Part shown: in pieces, positions 40,744 to 49,258 of the stretch
Layout of the letters: each line of letters starts with the position of its first letter
Numbering within the stretch: the stretch's first letter is position 1
Assembly: GCA_016207275.1 (NCBI GenBank)
Contig: JACQPY010000018.1
Coordinates: forward strand, 23,960-87,959
Direction of reading: 5' to 3'
Source of the DNA: Candidatus Kerfeldbacteria bacterium
GTDB taxonomy: Bacteria > Patescibacteriota > Patescibacteriia > SBBC01
DNA length: 64,000 bases
Notes under the pieces: generated by a model
Database searches by the model: none
The model's input: the letters and a program-made list of their open reading frames with translations, nothing else
What the model was told of the DNA's origin: nothing
Translations under genes and position numbers: made by a program

Positions 40744-42618
40744 CTACTTGACCGTCACCGACTTGGCTAGGTGCCGCGGCTGGTCGATATTCCGACCGAG
40801 CGCCGCCGCCGCACCGTGGGCGAGGAGTTGCAGCGGGAGAACTGCGGTAATGGCGGAGAACGGTCCGATCGTCGCCGGCACGCGGATGATTCTCTCGAGC
40901 CTCGTGCCGGAATACTCGAGTTCCGCGATTCGTTCATCGCCTTCCTCCGCGATGGCGATGACGCGGCCGCCGCGGCTCAGGATCTGTCCGACGTTGTCGA
41001 TCGTCCGGTCGTAGGTCAACGGCACCTTCGGATCCGGCAGACACATTGCAATGACGACTGTCCTCTTGTCGACGAGCGCCAGGGGTCCGTGTTTCATCTC
41101 GGCGGCGGACTTCTCCAGCGCTGAGATGTAGGCGACCTCGAGCATCTTCAGCGCTCCTTCGTGCGCCGCGGCCAGTGTGTACCCGCGACCGAGGAACACC
41201 ATCCGCGAGATCTTTGCCAGCGAACTCCCGAGCGCTTCATACGACGGTCCGCGTTTGAGGATAGCTTCTGCGGCTTCCGTCAGCCGTCGCGCCGCCTCGC
41301 CGAATTCCTGAACATCGAGGGCGGTGACCCGACCGGCGCTACGAGCGATCGCCAGCGTCAGGAGGCAACCGCTCAAAATCTGAGCGGTGTATGCCTTCGT
41401 CGAGGCAACGGCGGTCTCCAGTCCTGCCCGGGTGTACACCCCATTTCCGTACAACGACAGCGTCGACCCTGGGACATTGACGAGCGAGAACGTGACGGCC
41501 GAATCCTTCAGTAGTCGTTCCATCGCCTCGAGAACGTCGGCTGTTGTTCCGGACTGCGAGATCGGAACGACGAGCGTCTCTGGCGTGACATGGCGGTACG
41601 ACGTGGCGAACTCCGCCGCGTCGATGACCTCGGACGGGTAGCCGAATTCCTCGAAGTACCGGGCGATCGCCAGGCCAGCGAACTTCGACGTTCCGCAGCC
41701 GAGGATCAAGACCCGACGAAGCTGGGTGGTTATGTAGTGCTGGAACTCCGGCCTCCGAGCAATGCCGCCAATGTGAATGGCGTACTGTTCGGTAAACCGT
41801 CCTTCGAGCACTCGACGAATGACCTCACCCTGTTCGTGGATCTCCTTGTGCATGAACGTCGGGTGTTTCCCTTTCTCGATTTCACCGAGTTCGTACCAGA
41901 GATCCTCGACCGCGTGGAGGACCTCCTCATTCTCGAACGTCAGCACCTGGTGCGACGCGTCGCGACGGATCACTGCCACATGGCCGTCCTTGACGTAGAC
42001 GTACTTGTCAGTATGCGCCCGGAACGCTCGCGTGTCCGAAGCAACGAACAGTCCGCCGTTAGCCAGTCCGATGAACAAGTCGCTGCCCAAACGGGCGGCC
42101 ACGATCTCATCCGGCGCGGTGCTGTCAATCACTGCAAACGCGAATGCGCTCTCGCGAATGAGCAGCGCGGTTTTCTGCACCGCAGTGACGAGCGAATCGC
42201 CGTCTGACCGAAACTGCTCGACGAGGTGGCTGATGACCTCCGTGTCGGTGTCCGATCGGAAGCGGTGCCCGCGCCGCTCCAGGTCTTCCTTGATCGCTTT
42301 GTAGTTCGCGAGCATGCCGTTGTGGACGACCGCGATCTGTCCGGAGCAGTCGGCGTGTGGGTGGGCATTTCGCTGATTCGGTTTTCCATGCGTTGCCCAG
42401 CGCGTGTGCGCAATGCCGCAGGTACCCTTGAGTTCCTTGTCGATCACTGCCGCTGCCGTGATCTCCACCGGGCCCTTCCGCTTCACCAAGACGAGCTCAT
42501 TGCCTTCGTTGACCGCCACGCCAGCCGAATCGTACCCACGGTACTCCATCCGCCGCAGTCCTTCGAGCAGGAACGGAACTGCCGTTCGCGGACCGATGTA
42601 TCCGATGATGCCGCACAT
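40744..42618 (-). CDS. glmS: Glutamine-fructose-6-phosphate transaminase
   Basis: MCGIIG, EYRGYDSAG, HTRWATHG, SQSGTT, VASTKAYT, KHGP, LAKSVTV. Confidence 0.96.
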   Translation of the reverse strand: MCGIIGYIGPRTAVPFLLEGLRRMEYRGYDSAGVAVNEGNELVLVKRKGPVEITAAAVIDKELKGTCGIAHTRWATHGKPNQRNAHPHADCSGQIAVVHNGMLANYKAIKEDLERRGHRFRSDTDTEVISHLVEQFRSDGDSLVTAVQKTALLIRESAFAFAVIDSTAPDEIVAARLGSDLFIGLANGGLFVASDTRAFRAHTDKYVYVKDGHVAVIRRDASHQVLTFENEEVLHAVEDLWYELGEIEKGKHPTFMHKEIHEQGEVIRRVLEGRFTEQYAIHIGGIARRPEFQHYITTQLRRVLILGCGTSKFAGLAIARYFEEFGYPSEVIDAAEFATSYRHVTPETLVVPISQSGTTADVLEAMERLLKDSAVTFSLVNVPGSTLSLYGNGVYTRAGLETAVASTKAYTAQILSGCLLTLAIARSAGRVTALDVQEFGEAARRLTEAAEAILKRGPSYEALGSSLAKISRMVFLGRGYTLAAAHEGALKMLEVAYISALEKSAAEMKHGPLALVDKRTVVIAMCLPDPKVPLTYDRTIDNVGQILSRGGRVIAIAEEGDERIAELEYSGTRLERIIRVPATIGPFSAITAVLPLQLLAHGAAAALGRNIDQPRHLAKSVTVK

Positions 42619-42834
42619 TCCTGTGCCTCCTTTGTCGACGAGCAGGCCGATTACCTACAACCGCGAATCAACGATACCCCAAGAGGTTCGCAGAAAGCCA
42701 CTTGAATGTCAACCAAGCCCCGCGCCAGCTGTCATCCTGACCCCGACAGATGGCGGGGGAAGGATCTCCTATGGGACTGCAGTCGAATGAGAGACTCTTC
42801 GGCTCCGCCTCATGGTGACGGCGCGGGGCGGCAC

Positions 42835-43981
42835 CTATACCCCATCCTTCCCACTCCCACGTTTCGCCTGCCCCGAGCTCTTTCGGCGGGGCCTGCCTTC
42901 ACGTTTCCAACGTAGGAACGCTTCCATAAATGACTGGAGTTCTCCATTCAACACCGCGTCCACATCGCTTGTTTCGAACTTTGTCCGATGATCCTTGACC
43001 ATCCGGTACGGCTGCAGCACGTACGAGCGAATCTGGTTGCCCCAGGCCGCTTCGGCGTACTCGCCGCGTAGCTGCTGCTTTTCTTGATGGATTTTTTCTT
43101 CTTCCAGCATCTGCAGCTTCGACTGCAGAATCTTCATCGCGGTTTCGCGATTCTGCTGCTGCGAGCGCTCGTTCTGCACAGACACCATGATTTTCGTCGG
43201 CCGGTGCACCACCCGCACGGCCGAGTACGTCGTCTGCACGCCTTGTCCGCCGTGACCGCCGGACAAAAATGTGTCAACGCGAATATCTTTCGGATCAATT
43301 TTGACTACTTCCAACTCTTCGAACTCGGGAATGACCTCGACCAGGGCGAACGACGTGTGCCGCATCTTTTCCGCGTCAAACGGCGAAATCCGGACCAGCC
43401 GGTGCACGCCGGCCTCACTCTTAAGGTAGCCGAAGGCAAACCGACCTTTGACTTCAAGCAGCACGCTCTTGATGCCGGCTTCTTGCCCCCGCGACTCGTC
43501 AATCACCCGCGTCTGCCACCCTTGCTGTTCAGCAAACCGCAGCAGCATCCGCAGCAACATCAGCGCCCAGTCTTGGGCGTCCGTGCCGCCGGTACCGGCG
43601 TGCACGGCGACAATTGCATTTTTATCGTCGTGCTTTCCCGACAGCAATATTCTAAATTCCAAATTCCGCATTCCCCCTTCCAATTCTCCCAACTGATGTT
43701 CAATGTCTTTTCGCAGTGATTCTGCCTCCGGCTCCTCCAGTACATGCGCTAAATCGGCGGCTTGCTGATTCAACCGATCCCAGATCACGATATCTTCTTT
43801 AAGCTCGCTTAGATGCCTGCTCTGCCGTTCGGCCTGCTCACGATCATCCCAAAACCCCGGCTGGCCCATCCGCTCTTCAATTTCGAGAATGGCCTGCCGT
43901 TTCTGATCCAGGTCAAAGCAAGCCGCGGGCAGAAACTATTTTCTGCCGTAGGCTGTCCAATCTTCGCGCTAAATCATTCAT
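42835..43981 (-). CDS. prfB: Peptide chain release factor 2 with programmed +1 frameshift (CTT-TGA-C at 43918-43912)
   Basis: First frame MNDLARRLDSLRQKIVSARGLL-stop, second frame DLDQKRQ...; SPF and GGQ motifs, WGNQIRSY. Confidence 0.96.
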
Positions 43982-43985
43982 ACAA

Positions 43986-44336
43986 TTACGAAACGGCGCA
44001 GTCCCGCAACGTAACGAGCGGCCGCGAGTTACTGGTGCGGGGAAACCCCCGTGCTTCGGAAACTTTCTTCTCAAGAATTGTCAGTCGGTCTTTTAAATCT
44101 TTCATGGTACTAGCAATGTAACCCCGCACCGGAACGAACGCAAGTGAGTGACTGGTGCGCGGGCAGCCTTCGCGACGTGTTGATTTTGTCGCGAAGGTGT
44201 TCCAAGCGCTTTACCAAATCGTGCATCATAAAAATGTTTAGGCTGTCCCGAGCGAGCGAAGCGAGTCGAGGGATAACCTCCGTGAACTTGTAACTTTACT
44301 TTGGAGAACTGACAGACGATCCTTTAAGTCTTTCAT
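43986..44336 (-). repeat. Tandem array of three displaced prfB first-frame copies, each followed by a hairpin
   Basis: 44336-44274 MKDLKDRLSVLQSKVTSSRRL; 44226-44164 MHDLVKRLEHLRDKINTSRRL; 44105-44043 MKDLKDRLTILEKKVSEARGF. Confidence 0.85.
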
Positions 44337-44375
44337 GGCGCTGATACTACATCATTTTCCAACCAAACGCAAATG

Positions 44376-45239
44376 TTACTCCAGCGCGTACCGGTACGCG
44401 CCGACGTGTCCGAGGCCGGGTTCGCCGGGTGCGGCGTAGCGGAACGTGCCGCAGAGCGTGGTGGTCCCGCTACAGGTTCTTTCCCCGTCAGCATTATCCC
44501 AGCAGGTCAGCACCGAGGGATCAATTGAACCAGTATACCAGACGTAAGGTTCGGTAACGCGGAGACGCCCATCGGCGTCCAGTTTACTGCCGGCGCCAAA
44601 GGCGCTGAACTCGAACGAGCTCTGGTAGGGCCCGTGAAGACACAGCGGTTGGTCGTCGTAGCTGGCCGGCTTCTGCAGAACCTGGCTAACTTCATAGGTC
44701 ACGACAAAGTTATCGGTTGGCTGCGTGTTGACGTTTTTTGTTGCTGGTCTCGCTGCTTCGCAACGCTGGTTCACGCATCGACAGGTATATCCCTCGTACG
44801 TTCGACAGGCCAAATCCGGCGGTGCCGTCTTCAAAAAGTCTTTGGAGAAACAGCCGCTGCAGATGAGCAAGCCGCAGTCTTCGTCTCGCTGGCAGTACTT
44901 GTTGCCGACTGACGAGTTCGTGTTGACGTTTAGGGCAATGTTTGCGTTAACGGTGACATCGGTATTCGCAGTATTCGCATTCCCATTCGCAGCATTAGCA
45001 TCATTAGTAGCATTCGCAGTTGGACACTCCGCAAACTCACAGTTCGGCGCAACCCGGCCGACGTAGCTGCCGTCCGGACAGAGTTTGGCGTCTTGCGTAC
45101 AGGCCACGGCATTTCCGTTTCCATTGAGTGACGGTGCCTTCTGGCCGGGATTAAACACGACCAGCCCCAAACCGACCACCGCGGCCAGTGCGGCCACAAT
45201 GATAAGCAGCGGAATTACGGCAAACCCACCTGACTTCAT
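44376..45239 (-). CDS. Pilin-like N-terminally anchored Cys-rich surface protein
   Basis: KSGG-FAVIPLLII N-terminus; ACTQDAKLCPDGSYVGR..PNCEFAECP; Asn-rich linker. Confidence 0.75.
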   Translation of the reverse strand: MKSGGFAVIPLLIIVAALAAVVGLGLVVFNPGQKAPSLNGNGNAVACTQDAKLCPDGSYVGRVAPNCEFAECPTANATNDANAANGNANTANTDVTVNANIALNVNTNSSVGNKYCQRDEDCGLLICSGCFSKDFLKTAPPDLACRTYEGYTCRCVNQRCEAARPATKNVNTQPTDNFVVTYEVSQVLQKPASYDDQPLCLHGPYQSSFEFSAFGAGSKLDADGRLRVTEPYVWYTGSIDPSVLTCWDNADGERTCSGTTTLCGTFRYAAPGEPGLGHVGAYRYALE

Positions 45240-45298
45240 ACGAAATACCGAATACTAACTCCCAAATCCTACTTCCTTCTTCCTAATTCCCAGCTTCC

Positions 45299-45364
45299 CT
45301 ATTTCGTAAAGGTAAAGGCGGAGAGAATTTGCAGTTCGATCGCGGTGGTCTTCGATGACGGCAT
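45299..45364 (-). pseudogene. Displaced C-terminal remnant (..QILSAFTFTK*) of the gene at 45947-47095
   Basis: ATG CCG..CAA ATT CTC TCC GCC TTT ACC TTT ACG AAA TAG versus QILSTFTFTQD*. Confidence 0.6.
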
Positions 45365-45378
45365 TGTATAACATTTTC

Positions 45379-45595
45379 TTATTCTTCAAAATCACGCTCA
45401 TGCAACTGGGCCTGTCGAAGAATTGACCGGAACGTCCCCTGCGGTATTTCCTTTCGGTTCGCTGGTAATGATGACGGTCAACGTCGGACTGCCGTATCGC
45501 CGATACTTCACGTGGCTTCCCCGTTGAGATACAAAAACAAAGCCCTTATTCTCCAAAATCCTGACGATATGTTTGGAAGAATGCAGCTTAGGCAT
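45379..45595 (-). pseudogene. hicA: HicA toxin, frameshifted near 45466
   Basis: GF..VSQRGSHVKY; the conserved PANRKEIPQGTFRSILRQA continues in the +1 frame. Confidence 0.75.
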
Positions 45596-45803
45596 GTACG
45601 AGAGAACGGCTTATTTCCGCTCTCTCTACCTGCGCCAAGCGAGGATTTTTTGCATCCTCGAAGTAGAGTTCTAGTGCTTCCTGAAGATTCCGTAAGGCCT
45701 CCTTCTTCGTTTTCCCGAAGCTGGAAACGTCAACGTTCAAGCACTGGGCCACGTAGTGCTTGCCTTCTTTCCAAACCACGTTCTGCAATCGAAAAGCTTT
45801 CAT
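45588..45803 (-). CDS. hicB: HicB-like antitoxin (short form)
   Basis: VWKEGKHYVAQC..VSSFGKTKKEALRNLQEALELYFE. Confidence 0.85.
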   Translation of the reverse strand: MKAFRLQNVVWKEGKHYVAQCLNVDVSSFGKTKKEALRNLQEALELYFEDAKNPRLAQVERAEISRSLVHA

Positions 45804-45946
45804 GTCAAAAAGAGTGTAGACAATTTCTCATCACCTGTCAAATTCCGCCAAGCACAAGCCGGCTCTCCAACGTCTTAAACTAAACCCTATTCCCAATCCC
45901 TAGACTGTTTCCCTTACTCCGCCTGCCAAGCACTACGACCTCGTCG

Positions 45947-47095
45947 TTAGTCTTGTGTGAAGGTGAAAGTGGAGAGGATTTGATCAACAACTGTCATGTC
46001 CTCACTCAATCCGTTGGATAGGTATATCCAATTGTCATAAGACCAATCAGATGGTACGACTTTTCGAAATTGCACTGTATCGCGACGATAGCATCCACTT
46101 TCAAATTTCGGTTCTATGGCGCCGGTACAAGTGACTTTTGATCTTGTTGCTGAACGGCCAGCAATAATAACATCTGCATCACTCGTCTCCCATTGACGTA
46201 CCGCATCTTGGTCCTTTATAGACCTGCAGTAGAAACCTGCTTCTGGACAAACTGAGAAATAGTTTTTACCAGCGTTGTCAGCGACCGCAAACTGTGTTCC
46301 ATCGAGAGGACCATCAATCGTAAAATCCTCAGTTAATTTCCAGTTGGGTGGGTATCGAAAAAGAAAATGATATTTCTGATTCGTATACGTCTTCCACCCG
46401 GCGGTGGGAGAGGTGGTCGAAAAACTTATGGTTTGCAATAAGGTTTCCAGATCCGTCACAAACGAAGCAGATGTGTCTGGATGGGCCAAAAGATCAAATC
46501 GTGTCGACCCGGTAGTGCCACACACGAGTATAACTTTAAACTGACCATTGTCCGCATTAAGTAACAAACGTAAGAACTTCGCTGGTTGGTCATCGATAGT
46601 TATGTTTTTGTTTTCTTGGGTGGTGTAATTTGCATACTGACTATGAGCTAGGTCAGCGCATCGACTCTCGGGCGTAGAGCCGCTGGCGATGCTTCTCCCC
46701 CAATCAAAATTAATATAATCTTTGGTGGTATCTCCAGGAGTAGCATATAAAGATATGGTATCTATACTAGCGGATGCAGCGTACTTTGAAGGGTATGCTA
46801 ATGCGAGTGCTGGACGCTTCGCTTCTATTATAGGAGCGTCATCAAAGGTAGTTGAGTTAAAGGTAAGCCAGCCCTGAGGAATAGTTTTGGGGGTTAGAGT
46901 ATTTTTAGTTGAGTCCGCATTAGTATTCACAGCGGCATTCCCGTTCACCGCATTCGTATTCTTCACGATCACCGGACCAGTTGACGGCAAATCCGACGCC
47001 TTTGGCCACAGCATGTAGCCAAAAATCAACACGACCACGGCCGCGCCGAAGATAAAGGCGATAGCCGGAATAATGCTGCCGCGTTGGTTGGTCAT
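45947..47095 (-). CDS. Pilin-like anchored surface protein with two PsbP-like modules
   Basis: NQRG-SII N-terminus; GWLTF...YP and GWKTYTN..F.F.YP..W...DQILSTFTF modules; module DNA is AT-richer. Confidence 0.7.
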   Translation of the reverse strand: MTNQRGSIIPAIAFIFGAAVVVLIFGYMLWPKASDLPSTGPVIVKNTNAVNGNAAVNTNADSTKNTLTPKTIPQGWLTFNSTTFDDAPIIEAKRPALALAYPSKYAASASIDTISLYATPGDTTKDYINFDWGRSIASGSTPESRCADLAHSQYANYTTQENKNITIDDQPAKFLRLLLNADNGQFKVILVCGTTGSTRFDLLAHPDTSASFVTDLETLLQTISFSTTSPTAGWKTYTNQKYHFLFRYPPNWKLTEDFTIDGPLDGTQFAVADNAGKNYFSVCPEAGFYCRSIKDQDAVRQWETSDADVIIAGRSATRSKVTCTGAIEPKFESGCYRRDTVQFRKVVPSDWSYDNWIYLSNGLSEDMTVVDQILSTFTFTQD

Positions 47096-47191
47096 AATTC
47101 CTCCAAAATCTTAATTCACCATCCGTTATTCTATACCCTAATCTCCTAATTCCCTAACCCCTAATCCCTAACAACCTAATTCCCAACAGAC

Positions 47192-48562
47192 CTACCGATT
47201 CACCCAGTTGATCCCCAGCCGACCGCCGCCCGGTCCGCCGTAACCGTCGCCGCCGTAGCCCTGGATGCCGCTGATGCCTTCGAGCTCGACTGCTTTCTTG
47301 ACGCTCGGCGAGTAGCTGTAGAGGTCGCCTTGGTTGTTAGCGTAGATAATCAGACTGCCCGGGTACCACAAGACGGCGTAGGAAAACTCTTTGATCGTGT
47401 CGACGGCTCCCTTGGCCAGGTCGTAGATGACGCCGCCGTCGCCCGTCCGGACCAGCAGCTTGCCCGAGTCCGGCGACCAGGCGCTGGGGTTGTCGCCGTA
47501 GAACTTGTCAATTGACTTTTCGTTCAGTTTTCCGGTTTGGACGTTGTGGACGACCAACACCGACTGCCGTTTCTCTTGACTGTAGCTGCTGAATACGAAC
47601 AAGGTGTTGTTCGGCGAGATCGAGTCGGGTGACGGGTAAACGTCGCGCGGCGGGCTAAGCGATCCTTCATCAAGCAGCAACTTGGTCGCCGCCACCTTGC
47701 CATCGCTCAATCTAATCTGGTCGTAGGACCACTTCCCTTTCGGCGGATCACGGTACTGTTCGTCGTCAGTGTAGAGCACCTCAAGCGAAGAACCGTTACC
47801 GGGAAAACCGACCAGCCGCGGCGCCGTGGTGTACGACTTCAGGTCGCGCACTGTCTTATCTTTCAGATTGACGATTTTGACGTAGTTGTTGTTGACGCCT
47901 GACTCGCCGCGGATAACAAAGGCGACCTGGTTGGTCGGCGCGTTGAACAGGATTTCGCTGATCGTCGGCAGGTCGTTGTTGAACAGGTTGTTGCGGTCGT
48001 ACTGGACAACGGTCTCGACCGTGGTCGGCGTAGCCAAGCTCGTCCGGTAGATGCCGATGAACGGGTTGGTGCCGGTGGCGCTGCTCATCAGGAAGACGAT
48101 GCTGTCGCCGTCCCGGCCGAACTGGAACTGCGACGGCGCTGGCGGCAGCTCGGTCAGGCCCAAACTCTGCTGGATCTGGGTGGTGCTAAGCTCAACCGTG
48201 GTAATCGTTTTACCAGTCGCCGCGTTGACCTTAGCCAACCGGGTTACCAGCTTGTCAGTCGAACGACGAAAGGCCACTGCCAGGGTCTTTGAGTCGGCCA
48301 CAGTAAACGGAGCCTCCGGGGCGTCGTAACCGGCTGGTTCCAGCGCGACAGTGACGTTAGCATTTTCATTGGCGTTCGTTACCACCGCCACGTTTACGTT
48401 CTGATTCAGGTCGACCGCTGACGTTACATTCGTCGTCCTGACCGTCCTCGTCGATGACCTGGACGAATAGACCACAAAGTAGCTGGCCGCGAAAAACGCC
48501 GCCAGTCCGGCGATGATGACCAGGACCGGCACAAGGGTCATTCCACGGTGGGGATTGGGCAT
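47192..48562 (-). CDS. Pilin-like anchored beta-propeller (TolB-like) surface protein
   Basis: HRG-MTLVPVLVII N-terminus; ISPN, WSPDS repeats. Confidence 0.7.
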   Translation of the reverse strand: MPNPHRGMTLVPVLVIIAGLAAFFAASYFVVYSSRSSTRTVRTTNVTSAVDLNQNVNVAVVTNANENANVTVALEPAGYDAPEAPFTVADSKTLAVAFRRSTDKLVTRLAKVNAATGKTITTVELSTTQIQQSLGLTELPPAPSQFQFGRDGDSIVFLMSSATGTNPFIGIYRTSLATPTTVETVVQYDRNNLFNNDLPTISEILFNAPTNQVAFVIRGESGVNNNYVKIVNLKDKTVRDLKSYTTAPRLVGFPGNGSSLEVLYTDDEQYRDPPKGKWSYDQIRLSDGKVAATKLLLDEGSLSPPRDVYPSPDSISPNNTLFVFSSYSQEKRQSVLVVHNVQTGKLNEKSIDKFYGDNPSAWSPDSGKLLVRTGDGGVIYDLAKGAVDTIKEFSYAVLWYPGSLIIYANNQGDLYSYSPSVKKAVELEGISGIQGYGGDGYGGPGGGRLGINWVNR

Positions 48563-48625
48563 AGAAGCCTCCAATGTTGTTTTCCTACCGATTAAAATAC
48601 CACGTCAGCGTTGCTAAAAGCAACT

Positions 48626-48722
48626 ATCACCTCCTGTCCTCCTCTTATATCAAGAGGAGGGACTTGCTAAAGGCCTGTTCGCGAGTCCTCCCTCTTCCCT
48701 GAAGAGGGAGACGGAGGGTGAT
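48626..48722. repeat. REPIN-like doublet left of DUF559
   Basis: atcacc..cctcctcttatatcaagaggagg..cttgctaaaggcc..ctccctctt..aagagggagacggagggtgat. Confidence 0.8.
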
Positions 48723-48781
48723 ACACTTGACACTGCATTAAATGTCTTCTACGCTGTAGTCCGGTGGCATAACCATACAAC

Positions 48782-49192
48782 ATGCCGCCACATTTTTTAT
48801 ACAACAACCCGTCGTTTAAGCGACGACGGCAAAAGCTGCGAAACAAGTCAACACCGGCTGAACGAAAACTTTGGGGACATCTTCGAAAAAGTCAGTTGTT
48901 GGGCTTAAAGTTCCAACGGCAGTATGGGATCGGCCCGTACGTGCTTGATTTCTTTTGTCCGGAATTACGACTGGCAATTGAAGTTGACGGCGACTCACAT
49001 TTCACGCCCGACGCCCGCGCCTACGATCAGCAACGTCAACAATTCATCGAGAACGAGGATATCGCCGTGGTCAGGTTTCTCAATACCGACATTCACGAGA
49101 ATATGGATGGCGTGCTAACAAAGCTAGGCGAGGTAGTGATGTCTCTTACCACCCCTTGTTCCCCTCCTACGCTAGGAGGGGAGACTTGCTAA
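48782..49192 (+). CDS. DUF559 / Vsr-like endonuclease domain protein
   Basis: RRQKLR..TPAERKLW..KFQRQYGIGPYVLDFFC.ELRLAIEVDGDSH. Confidence 0.92.
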   Translation: MPPHFLYNNPSFKRRRQKLRNKSTPAERKLWGHLRKSQLLGLKFQRQYGIGPYVLDFFCPELRLAIEVDGDSHFTPDARAYDQQRQQFIENEDIAVVRFLNTDIHENMDGVLTKLGEVVMSLTTPCSPPTLGGETC

Positions 49193-49244
49193 AAGCCGTT
49201 AGCATATCCTCCCTCCTAGGGTAGGAGGGAGACAGAGGGTGGTA
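49149..49244. repeat. REPIN-like doublet right of DUF559
   Basis: accacc..cccctcctacgctaggagggg..cttgctaaaagcc..ctccctcctagggtaggagggagacagagggtggt. Confidence 0.8.
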
Positions 49245-49258
49245 CCAAAACAACCAAC

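Noticed and set aside
42619-42720. glmS ribozyme upstream of glmS
   Set aside because: No AGCGCC..GACGAGG core is visible on the minus strand, and the leader is short.
43986-44345. CRISPR array (regular ~120-nt period with hairpins)
   Set aside because: The hairpins are not identical repeats, the spacers are mutually homologous prfB fragments, and there are no cas genes in the window.
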